Shown: positions 26,728 through 37,419 of the stretch, piece after piece | Layout: each line of letters opens with the position of its first letter | Position numbering within the stretch: the stretch's first letter is position 1 | Assembly: GCA_900551455.1 (NCBI GenBank) | Contig: URVV01000005.1 | Location: 2,153 to 66,152, forward strand | Length of the DNA: 64,000 bases | Source of the DNA: an uncultured Mycoplasmatota bacterium | GTDB lineage: Bacteria > Bacillota_I > Bacilli_A > RF39 > UBA660 | Reading direction: 5' to 3' | Notes under the pieces: generated by a model | Databases searched by the model: none | What the model was told of the DNA's origin: nothing | The model's input: the letters and a program-made list of their open reading frames with translations, nothing else | Made by a program: the position numbers and the translations under genes

Positions 26728-27600
26728 TTGAATAATTATCAAAAAGCCTTACAAAAAATACAAACAGATCAAAAATGCCGACCTCTATGTTGCTCTGGTC
26801 CTACAGGGCCTAGGGGACCAATTGGCCCCACAGGACCAACTGGTCCGACTGGCCCAACCGGGCCTAGAGGAGAGGCTGGTGCTAATGTTTCTGTCCTAGG
26901 AACATATGATAGCTATGATGACTTAATAGCAGAACATCCTGAAGGAAATGTTAATGATTCATATCTAGTAAATGGCGAACTATACGTATGGTCAGAAAAT
27001 GAAAATAAATGGGAAAACATTGGAAGAATTCAAGGACCAACTGGACCACAAGGAGATATTGGACCACAAGGATTTCCCGGAGAAACTGGACCAGCCGGAC
27101 CAACATTAATAAGAAGTGCCTATTTAGTAACTTTCAATAACGGTACTACCTCTGATGGCGTTGCCGTAGAAAGTCAAGGAAGAGTACCTATAGATCGTCT
27201 GGAACTAGATCCAACTAATTTATTAACTCTAAATACCGATGAAGAAACAATAACCTTTAATAAAACAGGTTATTACAAAATAAATTTTACTGTCTCAGCC
27301 TATCCTGAAGTAAAAGGTGTTGATTTTGATCCAACTACCGATATTGTTTCCGTAGGAATAAGACAAATAAATACCGATAATGTATATGTTGGAGTAGGAG
27401 AGTGGGTATTTAATGGTGAAGCCGTTGAACTAGTAGCTAACGGTATCCTTGCCGTTCAAGATACAAGTATACCATATGAATTAGTTAACTTAGGAAATAG
27501 CAAAATATTTTTACATACACCTGATATAAGAAATCTATCAACAGTCTCATATTTTAGTAACCCATTAGTAACCATTTTAATAGAATATTTAGGAAAATAA
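26728..27600 (+). CDS. Collagen-like triple-helix repeat protein with a globular C-terminal domain (BclA/exosporium-like)
   Basis: GPTGPRGPIGPTGPTGPTGPTGPRGEAG and GPTGPQGDIGPQGFPGETGPAGP are separated by a ~55-aa globular insert. TTG start with RBS GAAGGAGG. Confidence 0.8.
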   Translation: MNNYQKALQKIQTDQKCRPLCCSGPTGPRGPIGPTGPTGPTGPTGPRGEAGANVSVLGTYDSYDDLIAEHPEGNVNDSYLVNGELYVWSENENKWENIGRIQGPTGPQGDIGPQGFPGETGPAGPTLIRSAYLVTFNNGTTSDGVAVESQGRVPIDRLELDPTNLLTLNTDEETITFNKTGYYKINFTVSAYPEVKGVDFDPTTDIVSVGIRQINTDNVYVGVGEWVFNGEAVELVANGILAVQDTSIPYELVNLGNSKIFLHTPDIRNLSTVSYFSNPLVTILIEYLGK

Positions 27601-27610
27601 GTATTATAAT

Positions 27611-27634
27611 AAAGTCACTCACAAAGTGACTTTT
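27611..27634 (+). terminator. Rho-independent terminator
   Basis: AAAGTCAC / GTGACTTT stem followed by a T-run. Confidence 0.7.
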
Positions 27635-27663
27635 AAAATTATTAAAAAATATCTATACTTTTT

Positions 27664-27681
27664 TTGTATCATATGATACAA
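27664..27681. promoter_or_regulatory. Perfect 18-bp palindrome TTGTATCATATGATACAA, the putative TetR operator, overlapping the -10 element
   Basis: It is an exact inverted repeat. TGATACAAT (extended -10) lies inside it. A further GATACAA half-site is at 27690-27696. Confidence 0.65.
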
Positions 27682-27708
27682 TATCATTAGATACAAAGGA
27701 GGTGTAAT

Positions 27709-28305
27709 ATGCCAACAACTACAAAAATAACCAAAGAACTAATTTTAGACACCGCATTAGAAATAGCCAGGGAGAAAGGAAAAGAAGGAATTAGTAATCG
27801 CGAATTAGCTAAAAGAATGAATTGCTCTATAAGGCCCATATATTATCAATTTAAAAATGTAGAACAGTTAAATAATGAACTAAAAATAATAATAGAACAG
27901 TATTTCTATAAGTATCTATTAATAAATAGTATCCCTAATATTCCTCCCTATAAACAAATAGGTATAAACTATATAAAGTTTGCTAGAGAAGAAAAACAAC
28001 TATTTAAAATTCTATTTATGAGTAAAAACGAAGAAGCTGCTAAGGGATTTATAAACAGTGCCAAAGATGAATATGGCAAAATGCTTAAACTAATAAAATT
28101 AAGTACTAACTTAAGTAACGAAGAAATAGAATCATTTCATACAAAAATGTGGATATTTACCCACGGTATTGCTACGCTTATAGCTACAGATACTATAAAT
28201 TTTACTGATGAACAAATATCTAAACTTCTATCATTCCAATTCCAAGCCCAAATGCTTTTAGAGGAAAATCCCAATAATAAATGGGTATTAAATAAAGAAA
28301 AATAA
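27709..28305 (+). CDS. TetR/AcrR-family transcriptional regulator
   Basis: N-terminal HTH ILDTALEIAREKGKEGISNRELAKRMNCSIRPIYYQF. Confidence 0.88.
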   Translation: MPTTTKITKELILDTALEIAREKGKEGISNRELAKRMNCSIRPIYYQFKNVEQLNNELKIIIEQYFYKYLLINSIPNIPPYKQIGINYIKFAREEKQLFKILFMSKNEEAAKGFINSAKDEYGKMLKLIKLSTNLSNEEIESFHTKMWIFTHGIATLIATDTINFTDEQISKLLSFQFQAQMLLEENPNNKWVLNKEK

Positions 28306-28317
28306 AAGGAGAATACT

Positions 28318-29028
28318 ATGATTGAAATTAAAAATGTAAGTAAAAGTTATAACGGAAAAGATCTTGCTTTAGATAACGTTAATTTTGAAGTTAAAGACGG
28401 CGAAATTTTCGCCTTCATCGGACATAATGGAGCCGGAAAAACTACAATGATAAAATCCATTACAGGGATTCTTTCTTTCGATTCAGGAGACATTCTTATA
28501 AACAATAAGTCTATTAAAGAAGAACCCCTTACCTGTAAACTAGATATGGCTTATGTACCAGATAATCCAGATTTATACGAAAATATGAAAGCCATAGATT
28601 TTATAAATTTTATTTGTGATATGTATAATGTACCAATTTTAACAAGAAAAGAAAATATTACTAAATATGCCCAAATGTTTGAAATTGAAGATAAACTAAC
28701 TAATGACATTTCTTCATTTTCACACGGAATGAAACAAAAAGTATCTCTAATTGCCGCTTTATCTCACAATCCTAAAGTATTAATAATGGATGAACCATTC
28801 GTAGGTTTAGACCCCAAAGCTGTCTTTGATATTAAAGAAATTATGCGTCAAATGACAAAGGAAGGAAAAACAATTTTCTTCTCAACTCATATCTTAGATG
28901 TTGCAGAAAAATTATGTGATAGGGTAGCCATCATTAAAAAAGGAAAAATTGTTAAAATTGGAAAGATGAAAGATATTAAAGGAGACGAATCCCTAGAACA
29001 AGTCTTCCTTGAGTTAGGAGAAAAATAA
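28318..29028 (+). CDS. ABC transporter ATP-binding protein
   Basis: Walker A GHNGAGKTT, signature FSHGMKQK, Walker B LIMDEP. Confidence 0.92.
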   Translation: MIEIKNVSKSYNGKDLALDNVNFEVKDGEIFAFIGHNGAGKTTMIKSITGILSFDSGDILINNKSIKEEPLTCKLDMAYVPDNPDLYENMKAIDFINFICDMYNVPILTRKENITKYAQMFEIEDKLTNDISSFSHGMKQKVSLIAALSHNPKVLIMDEPFVGLDPKAVFDIKEIMRQMTKEGKTIFFSTHILDVAEKLCDRVAIIKKGKIVKIGKMKDIKGDESLEQVFLELGEK

Positions 29029-30632
29029 TGAAAACTATCTCTTTATTAAAAGCTGCTCTAAGTCAAGATATGAATATCTTTAAATATACTACTAAAAGAA
29101 ACTCTTCAACTATAACTAAAATAATGTTTCCCATTATCTTCTTTGGGATTGTGTGTTTCTCTATTGGAACATATGCAAATTTTCTAGCTAAAGAACTATC
29201 TTCGTACCACCAAACTAACTTTTTACTAGTATTATTTATTGCAATAGTAACCGTTCTAACAATTATTGAAGGTATATACAAATCCCAAGGAATTCTCTTT
29301 GATGCTAAAGACAATGATTTATTATTTTCTCTTCCCATCAAAAAATCTCAAATCTTATTCGTAAGGATTTTTAAACTACTATTATTTCAATACATATATA
29401 ACCTAATGTTTCTCTTACCAGCAACTATAGTATATATCCACTACGAAAACCCTGCCCCTATATTTTATCCCATAACAATCCTAATGACTATTCTAATCCC
29501 AATAATTCCAACAATCTTCTCATCTATAATTGGTTATATCATTAAATTATTATCATCCAAATCAAATTCTCAAAAAATAGTACAAACCATCCTTTCAAGT
29601 ATTGTCTTCCTAGGAATCTTTTATTTAAGTTTAAATCTTCAAAATTATTTTCAAGTTATTGTTTCCAAAGCCTCAGATATTACTAAACTTTTAACAACCA
29701 TTCTTTATCCTCTAAAGTTATATTTAAATTTAATAACCAAATTTAATATTTTAGATTTAATAATTCTTATTACCTTAAATATAGTACCCTTTATTATCTT
29801 CATATATCTAGGAAGTATCTCTTATTTTAAGATAATATATACCATAGCTAACCATCAAAAACATCAAATAAAAAATAATAATAAAGAAATAATAAAACAA
29901 AGATCACCTCTTATATCTTTAACAATAAAAGAAATAAAAAGATATTTATCATCTCCAGTATATATGTTTAATACCTCATTAGGACTCTTAATAGTAGTAA
30001 TTATAACTATTCTAACCTGTGTAAAAGGAGTAAGTGTAATAAACAAAATTTTATCACTTTATAATCTAAATACTACCTTATCCCTTCCAGTATTATTTCA
30101 TTTTCTAGTATTCTTTTCTACTACTACAACCTCTATAACATCATCTAGTATCTCCCTAGAAGGGAAAACAATTAATATCACTAAAAGCCTTCCAATAGAT
30201 ATAAAAACTATTTTAAAATCAAAAATACTTAGTTGTTACACCATTGAATTACCATTCATTATTATCTCAGAATTAATCTTCTTTATAAAGTTTACTCCTA
30301 AAGTAACTAATATTCTATTAACTATATCTATTGGTATAATTACTATTCTCTTAACAGCTTGTATTGGTCTATTAGCTAATTTAAAATATCCTAAAATGAA
30401 TGCCAGTAGTGATACTGAAGTAGTAAAACAAAGTATGAGTTCAATCATCTCAGTATTTCTAAGTATAGCTATCTTCTTTCTAAGTATTATCTTAATCATA
30501 TACCTAACCAAATATCTAGATATTAATCTCATCTTACTACTACATCTTCTTATCTTAACAATTATTGCCATCTTCTTATACTACCTACTAATGAAAATTG
30601 GCCCAAAAGAATACCAAAAAATTAACGTCTAA
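29028..30632 (+). CDS. Large polytopic ABC exporter permease (putative)
   Basis: 534 aa with about 12 hydrophobic segments. The start overlaps the stop of the ATPase gene (TAATG). Confidence 0.7.
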   Translation: MKTISLLKAALSQDMNIFKYTTKRNSSTITKIMFPIIFFGIVCFSIGTYANFLAKELSSYHQTNFLLVLFIAIVTVLTIIEGIYKSQGILFDAKDNDLLFSLPIKKSQILFVRIFKLLLFQYIYNLMFLLPATIVYIHYENPAPIFYPITILMTILIPIIPTIFSSIIGYIIKLLSSKSNSQKIVQTILSSIVFLGIFYLSLNLQNYFQVIVSKASDITKLLTTILYPLKLYLNLITKFNILDLIILITLNIVPFIIFIYLGSISYFKIIYTIANHQKHQIKNNNKEIIKQRSPLISLTIKEIKRYLSSPVYMFNTSLGLLIVVIITILTCVKGVSVINKILSLYNLNTTLSLPVLFHFLVFFSTTTTSITSSSISLEGKTINITKSLPIDIKTILKSKILSCYTIELPFIIISELIFFIKFTPKVTNILLTISIGIITILLTACIGLLANLKYPKMNASSDTEVVKQSMSSIISVFLSIAIFFLSIILIIYLTKYLDINLILLLHLLILTIIAIFLYYLLMKIGPKEYQKINV

Positions 30633-30659
30633 TAACTATAAAAAAGGAGAAAATATAAT

Positions 30660-31598
30660 ATGAAAAATATAATTGAAGTAAAAAATTTAACTAAAAAATA
30701 CAAAAATCTAACTGCTGTAGATAATTTATCGTTTACCGTCAAAGAAGGGGAAATATTAGGATTATTAGGACCTAACGGTTCTGGAAAATCTACTACCATT
30801 AACTGTATTCTATCCCTTCTAAATTATCAAAATGGTGATATTTTAATATTTAACAAGCCAATGACACCATCAGCATATGATATAAAAAGAAAAATTGGCG
30901 TAATCTTTCAAGAAATAGCTGTTTTTAATGAATTAACCGTATATGAAAACATCGATTACTTCTGTGGTTTATATATAAAAGATAAAGTTACCAGAGAAAA
31001 ATATATCAACGATGCCCTAAAACTCGTAGGATTAGAAGAATTTAAAAAATTCTATCCTAAGCAATTATCTGGAGGACTATTAAGAAGATTAAATATCGCC
31101 TGTGGAATTGCTCATAAACCACAACTAATATTTCTAGATGAACCAACTGTTGCCGTAGACCCTCAAAGTAGAAATAATATTCTAGATGGCATAAAAAAAC
31201 TAAGAGATAATGGTGCTACTATCATCTATACAACTCACTATATGGAAGAAGCAGAATTATTATGTGACCGAATTATTATCCTTGACAAAGGAAAAATAAT
31301 TGCCGAAGGTACCAGTGACGAATTAAAAGAATTAGCCAATATTGAAGAAAAAATAACCATCGAATTAACTGAACAACATCCAGAATTAGAAGAAAAATTA
31401 ACAAAGTTCAAAACTGTTGAAAAAATCACTATAACCGGTAAAATTCTAACCATTTCCTACAAAAAAGGCCAAGATAACCTAGGAACCCTAATTGACTACT
31501 TAAAAGAAAATAAAATAACTTATAACAAAATTTTCTCAGAAAGACCAACTCTAAACGACGTCTTTCTAGAATTAACCGGAAAGGAACTAAGAGATTAA
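30660..31598 (+). CDS. ABC transporter ATP-binding protein (ABC-2 type partner)
   Basis: GPNGSGKST, LSGGLLRR and IFLDEPT. Confidence 0.92.
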   Translation: MKNIIEVKNLTKKYKNLTAVDNLSFTVKEGEILGLLGPNGSGKSTTINCILSLLNYQNGDILIFNKPMTPSAYDIKRKIGVIFQEIAVFNELTVYENIDYFCGLYIKDKVTREKYINDALKLVGLEEFKKFYPKQLSGGLLRRLNIACGIAHKPQLIFLDEPTVAVDPQSRNNILDGIKKLRDNGATIIYTTHYMEEAELLCDRIIILDKGKIIAEGTSDELKELANIEEKITIELTEQHPELEEKLTKFKTVEKITITGKILTISYKKGQDNLGTLIDYLKENKITYNKIFSERPTLNDVFLELTGKELRD

Positions 31599-32773
31599 TG
31601 TTTTATCATAATTTTAAATATTCTCTAAAAATTCTTTTAAGAAACAAAGGCCTTATATTTTGGACATTTATTTTTCCAATTATTTTAGGAACCTTCTTTA
31701 AAATGGCATTTTCTAATATTGAAAAAAATGAAACACTAAAGACAATAGACATCGCTATCGTAGATTCTAAAACCTATGAAGAAGATCAAATCTTTAAAGA
31801 AACCCTAAATACTCTAAGTAACAATGATACTAAATTATTTAATATAACCGTTACAAACAAAGAAATATCAAAAAAACTTCTTGAAGAAGAAAAAATAACT
31901 GGCTATTTAGAATTTAATCCAGATAATGTTGATATAACTGTCTCTTCATCTGGCGTCTATGAAACTATTTTAAGATATGTTATTGATGAAATATATTGCG
32001 AAAAAGAAATGCTTGATACTTTAACTAAACAAACTATTGAAAAAGAACTAGCTAACGGAAATCAAGCCATTAACCCTGAAGAAATTGCTAAACAAATTCT
32101 TACCACCATAAATAATAGTGATATAAAACTAAACGATATTTCTAATAAAAATTTAAGTTATACAATGATTGAATTTTATACTCTAATTGCTATGGCAGCC
32201 TTATATGGTAGTATGATCTCACTATTTATAACCAACTACAAATTACCAAATATGAATAGCGTTGGAGCCCGTACTAGTATCTCTCCCTTAAACAAAAGCA
32301 CTACCTTATTAAGTAGCCTAGTAGCAAGTTATTTAATCCAATTATTAGGATTATTCCTCCTATATACATATACAATTCTAATACTCCATATTGATTATGG
32401 CAATAATTTCCCATTAGTAATATTACTCTCACTAGTAGGAGCTTTAGCTAGCTTATCACTAGGCGTAGCCGTTTCCACTACCTTAAAAGTAGGCGAAGGA
32501 GCCAAAACGGGCATCTTAATAGCTATAACAATGTTTTGCAGTTTCCTATCTGGAATGATGGGTATTACAATGAAATATGTAATAGATAAAAATATTCCTA
32601 TTCTAAACATAATAAATCCTGCTAATATGATAACGGATGGTCTATATTCCCTATATTACTATAACACACTAGATAGATATAACTTTAACATAATAAGTCT
32701 AATCATCTTTTCCCTAATTATGTTCCTACTTTCCCTTATAAAGTTAAGGAGGCAAAAATATGACAGTATTTAA
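31598..32773 (+). CDS. ABC-2 family transporter permease
   Basis: N-terminal TM segment, a large extracytoplasmic loop, then 5 TM segments. Translationally coupled to the ATPase gene. Confidence 0.8.
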   Translation: MFYHNFKYSLKILLRNKGLIFWTFIFPIILGTFFKMAFSNIEKNETLKTIDIAIVDSKTYEEDQIFKETLNTLSNNDTKLFNITVTNKEISKKLLEEEKITGYLEFNPDNVDITVSSSGVYETILRYVIDEIYCEKEMLDTLTKQTIEKELANGNQAINPEEIAKQILTTINNSDIKLNDISNKNLSYTMIEFYTLIAMAALYGSMISLFITNYKLPNMNSVGARTSISPLNKSTTLLSSLVASYLIQLLGLFLLYTYTILILHIDYGNNFPLVILLSLVGALASLSLGVAVSTTLKVGEGAKTGILIAITMFCSFLSGMMGITMKYVIDKNIPILNIINPANMITDGLYSLYYYNTLDRYNFNIISLIIFSLIMFLLSLIKLRRQKYDSI

Positions 32774-33908
32774 AACATTTTGGAAAATAGTAAAACACTA
32801 TAAAGGAACTGTTATTCTATATACTATGATGTTAATCGCCTTTGGAGGAATGAATACTACTGCTAATAACCAAGTAACTACCTTTACTAATACTACACCA
32901 GATATCTTAATAGTAAATGAAGACACCCCAAAAGGCCTAACCAAAAACCTCATTACTTATCTAGAAAATAATACGAACATAGTAAAGATAAAAGATAATG
33001 AAGAAGCCCGAGATGATGCCCTATTTTACCGAGATGTAAACTACATAATTTATATTCCCTCTGGATATAGAGATTCTATTCTAAAAGGAATTCCCCAAGA
33101 AATAAATATAAAATCCACTAAAGACTATGATTCTAGTTTAGTAGAAATGATGTTAACCAGATATCTAAAAGTACAAGATATCTATTCAAAAAATACTCAT
33201 AATGAAGAAGAACTAATAAGTAACATCAATCAAAGTTTAAAAGAAAAATCAAAAATTACTATGACTACTAAATTAGATACAAACACCCTAACCAAGTCAT
33301 CACGCTTCTTTAATTTTGCTAGTTATAGTATTATGGCTGTAATTATTTATATCTTAAGTCTGGTTCTAACTAGTTTCAATGAATTAACAATAAAGAAAAG
33401 AACTATTATAAGTAAAATGAACTATAAAGAACATAATAGAAAAATTATTCTTGCAAGCTTTATCTATTCACTAATAATATGGATTCTATATGTCGCTCTA
33501 GGAGTAATTCTTCTAGGAAAGGTAATGTTCACTGTAAGAGGACTAATCTATATCTTAAACACCCTTGTATTCTCCTTCTGTGCCTTAACAATTGCTTTAT
33601 TAATAAGTACTATTATCAACAATAAAAATGCCATTAATGGTATCGTAAACATTGTTGCACTAAGCCAAGCTTTCTTATGTGGAGCTTTTATTCCAACTAA
33701 GTGGTTACCAGATTCTGTTTTATCATTTGCCCGCATATTTCCAGCTTATTGGTTTAATAATACCAATGACTTAGTATCAACCATCGAAGTTTTAAACCTA
33801 AAAGCAATTACCCCCATTCTTCTAAATACCCTTATCCTAGTAGTATTCTCAGTAATCTTTATTATTTTAAATAATCTCATCTCAAAAAATAAACAAAAAG
33901 TAGGTTAA
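32760..33908 (+). CDS. ABC-2 family transporter permease (second subunit)
   Basis: Same topology as 31598-32773, which it overlaps by 14 nt. Confidence 0.8.
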   Translation: MTVFKTFWKIVKHYKGTVILYTMMLIAFGGMNTTANNQVTTFTNTTPDILIVNEDTPKGLTKNLITYLENNTNIVKIKDNEEARDDALFYRDVNYIIYIPSGYRDSILKGIPQEINIKSTKDYDSSLVEMMLTRYLKVQDIYSKNTHNEEELISNINQSLKEKSKITMTTKLDTNTLTKSSRFFNFASYSIMAVIIYILSLVLTSFNELTIKKRTIISKMNYKEHNRKIILASFIYSLIIWILYVALGVILLGKVMFTVRGLIYILNTLVFSFCALTIALLISTIINNKNAINGIVNIVALSQAFLCGAFIPTKWLPDSVLSFARIFPAYWFNNTNDLVSTIEVLNLKAITPILLNTLILVVFSVIFIILNNLISKNKQKVG

Positions 33909-33950
33909 AAAAGAACAATTTTAGAAATAATCTCTAAAATTGTTCTTTTT
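33909..33950. terminator. Bidirectional terminator
   Basis: 14-bp perfect stem AAGAACAATTTTAG / CTAAAATTGTTCTT. Confidence 0.85.
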
Positions 33951-33953
33951 CTT

Positions 33954-34400
33954 CTATCTAATTTTCTTATAACTATTTTTATAATACGTTAAATACATTC
34001 TTTCTTCATTATCTGGATTAAATTCCACATCTCCATTATTATAAACATCTAAACAGTACCCAATCTTTTTAGCTAAACCAACAGATGCCTCATTTTTAGG
34101 AGCTATCAATAATTCCACTCTATTATATCCCTCTTCAAATAACCTATCTGTTAATTTATCCAAAATTAAAGTACCATATCCCAATCTTCTAAAAGCTTTT
34201 AAAACACCATATTGAATAGTAGGTATCCCTCTATTAAAAGTAACCGAAGCAAATCCTACTACCTCATTGTTAACAATAACCAACATACTATTATTCTTAT
34301 CAAAACAACTTATATTAGTTACCTTTCTTTCACTTAATATTTCCTTATTAATTAATTCCACTATATCCTTATATCCATCATTATATTTAACAAATTCCAT
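33954..34400 (-). CDS. GNAT-family N-acetyltransferase
   Basis: RRLGYGTLILDKL (acetyl-CoA binding motif A). Confidence 0.8.
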   Translation of the reverse strand: MEFVKYNDGYKDIVELINKEILSERKVTNISCFDKNNSMLVIVNNEVVGFASVTFNRGIPTIQYGVLKAFRRLGYGTLILDKLTDRLFEEGYNRVELLIAPKNEASVGLAKKIGYCLDVYNNGDVEFNPDNEERMYLTYYKNSYKKIR

Positions 34401-34498
34401 TCTATCCCTCCTAACATATAATCATTATATCAAAAAACATCAATAAAGTAAAAAGTTCTAAAAAAAATGATATAATAAACATATTAAAGGAGAATATA

Positions 34499-35035
34499 AT
34501 GATAACTATTTATTTAATTCGTCACGGCAAAACCTCTTGGAACAAAGAAAAACTAATACAAGGAACAAAAGATATTCCATTATCACCCGAAGGTAGAAAA
34601 GAAGTCACTGAATTATCTCAAAAAATAAATCTCAATAAAATAGATTTAATCTTATCATCATCCCAAAAAAGAGCTAAAGAAACTGCTAAAATTATTGCTA
34701 ATAATAAAAAAACAATATTATATAATAATCTTCTAAAAGAAAGAAATTTTGGGAATTACGAAGGAACTAAAACAAGTGAAGAACTAATAAATAAACTTTG
34801 GGATTATAACTTAAATTACCAAGATGAAAACATCGAAAGTATTACCGTCTGCTTAAACAGAGCCGCTAACTTTTTAAAAGAAATAAAAACAAAATATCCA
34901 AATAAAAATATCTTAATTATTTCCCACGGAGCATTTATTAAAGCAATACACTATAATATTAATGGTTATGATAAAAATACTAACTTTCTTTCTTTTAATC
35001 CACAAAATGCCACAATTTATAAGTATGAATTATAA
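34499..35035 (+). CDS. Histidine phosphatase (phosphoglycerate mutase superfamily)
   Basis: IYLIRHGKTSWN (RHG motif) and ISHGAFIKA. Confidence 0.85.
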   Translation: MITIYLIRHGKTSWNKEKLIQGTKDIPLSPEGRKEVTELSQKINLNKIDLILSSSQKRAKETAKIIANNKKTILYNNLLKERNFGNYEGTKTSEELINKLWDYNLNYQDENIESITVCLNRAANFLKEIKTKYPNKNILIISHGAFIKAIHYNINGYDKNTNFLSFNPQNATIYKYEL

Positions 35036-35327
35036 AATCCTTATATGTTCAAAATAAGATATGAAGATATCACTCAAATAAACTTTTATATAAACTATCA
35101 AGAAAACTATAATTAAGTAGATTTAACATCTACTTTTATTATGTTATAACATTAAAATATCCTTCAAAGTAATTAATCATCATTAAGTACCCCATCATAA
35201 TATATACTAGAGGAAAAGTGATTATATGAAAATAATAAAATAGTTCAATATCAACAAAAATAATAAAACGATTATTGCTATTGTTTAAAATTATGATATA
35301 ATAATAATATAATTAAAGGAGGCATTT

Positions 35328-36422
35328 ATGAAAAGTAAATTAAATAGCATTTTAGGTAGAATCGATTTAAAAAACAAAAAAAACATAACAATATTATCAC
35401 TTAGTATAACAGTATTAGTCTTAATAATTATCCTTATAATCAAAAATGTTGGAATCGGTATAATTGGCCACAATGGTAAATTTAAAATCAAAAAAAGTGA
35501 ACATAACAATATAATTTTAGAAGATTATAGTAATTCCTATTTTTCTCTTAAAAAACCCAAAGGATGGGTAGTAGATACAATTGGAGATTATATCCATTAC
35601 ACTATTAAAGTATATGATCCAAATAACCCATCCTATCAATTTTTCTTTAATCTAAAAACAGAAGGGTATAATAAATCAGAAGATGCAAAAAATTGGCAAA
35701 AAAAATATTATCCAAACAATATATTTGCCAAAAATCCGGTAATTGCTGAAAAAACAACAGAGGGATTCTATAAAATATTTAATGAATTAGGTCCTTTAAA
35801 TAATACATCATCATTTAAATTCCCCACTTTAACAGATTTTACAGTTGCGGCTAATTTAGGTAAAGGAATGTTTGGTGGAGACCTCTTGAGGGCAACATTT
35901 AAAGACAGTGAAGGACGCGAGTGTGAAGGATTGTTTACTGCCTATGTTTATGATCCAGGACCATATTATGTTAATGAAAATATCATATCAGGTAAAAAAA
36001 TAGATATTTATTTTTTAAATGTTTATGATTCCATTTTTATAACTACTCCTAAAGATGAACTTATTAATTATCAAGAGATTTTAAATAATATTGTTGCTTC
36101 ATTGGAATTTACAGATACTTTCATAAATGGTTTTAATTCAGCTCAAGATGCTGTTATGAAGAATTTTCAAACCATTAGAAGCATTGGTAACCAGATAAGC
36201 GATGGAATAATGGACTCTTGGAATAAAAGAAATAAATCTTATGATATTATGAGTCAAAAACAAAGTGATGCAACTCTTGGATATGAAAGAGTATATGATA
36301 CAAAAACAAATGAAATATATAAAGCATATAATGGTTTTACAGATGACTATAATGGTAAAAGATACAAGAGTATAACAGATGATATGTATTTAAATAAAAC
36401 ATCTGGTTATATAGAAAGGTAG
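35328..36422 (+). CDS. Membrane-anchored extracytoplasmic protein of unknown function
   Basis: N-terminal TM segment (ITILSLSITVLVLIIILII) and RBS AAAGGAGG. Confidence 0.7.
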   Translation: MKSKLNSILGRIDLKNKKNITILSLSITVLVLIIILIIKNVGIGIIGHNGKFKIKKSEHNNIILEDYSNSYFSLKKPKGWVVDTIGDYIHYTIKVYDPNNPSYQFFFNLKTEGYNKSEDAKNWQKKYYPNNIFAKNPVIAEKTTEGFYKIFNELGPLNNTSSFKFPTLTDFTVAANLGKGMFGGDLLRATFKDSEGRECEGLFTAYVYDPGPYYVNENIISGKKIDIYFLNVYDSIFITTPKDELINYQEILNNIVASLEFTDTFINGFNSAQDAVMKNFQTIRSIGNQISDGIMDSWNKRNKSYDIMSQKQSDATLGYERVYDTKTNEIYKAYNGFTDDYNGKRYKSITDDMYLNKTSGYIER

Positions 36423-36426
36423 CCAT

Positions 36427-37362
36427 ATGAAAGACAAAAGGAAAATAATAATAATTTTATTGGTTATAGTAATAATAATTCTTTCATCCCTAATATTTAT
36501 CCCTAAAAATAACAATAATCCCAATAGCCTAAATCCGGATAATACAAGTAACAGTAAATTAGTAAAATATATTTCATCTTTAAATAAGAAGAAAAAAAGC
36601 GATTACAAAAAAATATCAGCATTAGATTTTTTAAATGAATCTTCTTGCTTTAGTAATTACGCTTTTATAAACAATAATTCTATTTACATATTTGATCCAA
36701 ATAAATTAGATGAGGGAGAATTTATATATAAAAAAGTATACGATATAGATGATAATATTAAAGTAATGAATATAAGGCCAACCAACGGTGCTGATATACA
36801 ATTTTTTGATTATAACGATACTTTATATACATTACACGATGAAAATCTTGACAATAAAGTTAGAGATAGTTATGATATGTATCTAAATGCTAATTATAAA
36901 CTAAGTAATTATCTTAAGTGGGAATACTCAACCAAATTTCTTGGCAAAAAAATAAAATATGATTTTATGTCTAATTATGCTTATCTAAGTAATAATAAGT
37001 TATATAGAATTTTATATCAAGACACAAAATATCCATCATTCAGTGAAATTAAAGGAAGTTATAATAATGAAAAAGTGATTAGAATCTACAATGAAAGAAT
37101 AGTTAAAACTGATAAATCATTTTATGAGATGATGACTTATTTTGATACTAACTCTAATAAAACCGAAACAGCTATGGTCAGAATAAAGTCCTTAACAAAG
37201 TATTATGATGAAGTTTTAACATTTACATATAAATATGTAATATTAAAAGATCATACTATTATTCCTATAAATGATTTAATGGAAAATAGAGTAAGAGATT
37301 ATTCATATGATTATTTCTTGAGTGGTTTTAACTATATGAATGAAGTTAGATATGAAGAATAA
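36427..37362 (+). CDS. Membrane-anchored extracytoplasmic protein of unknown function
   Basis: N-terminal TM segment. Begins 4 nt after the upstream stop. Confidence 0.7.
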   Translation: MKDKRKIIIILLVIVIIILSSLIFIPKNNNNPNSLNPDNTSNSKLVKYISSLNKKKKSDYKKISALDFLNESSCFSNYAFINNNSIYIFDPNKLDEGEFIYKKVYDIDDNIKVMNIRPTNGADIQFFDYNDTLYTLHDENLDNKVRDSYDMYLNANYKLSNYLKWEYSTKFLGKKIKYDFMSNYAYLSNNKLYRILYQDTKYPSFSEIKGSYNNEKVIRIYNERIVKTDKSFYEMMTYFDTNSNKTETAMVRIKSLTKYYDEVLTFTYKYVILKDHTIIPINDLMENRVRDYSYDYFLSGFNYMNEVRYEE

Positions 37363-37381
37363 CCGACTTATTGTAAATAAC

Positions 37382-37419
37382 ACCTACTAGAACCTAAAAA
37401 AGTACTAGTAGGTATTTTT
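37382..37419 (+). terminator. Rho-independent terminator
   Basis: ACCTACTAG / CTAGTAGGT stem followed by ATTTTT. Confidence 0.8.

Noticed and set aside
26790-27110. A locally G+C-rich stretch, considered as evidence of horizontal transfer.
   Set aside because: The G+C enrichment is fully explained by the GGN/CCN codons forced by the Gly-Pro-Thr collagen repeats. The rest of the gene has normal composition.
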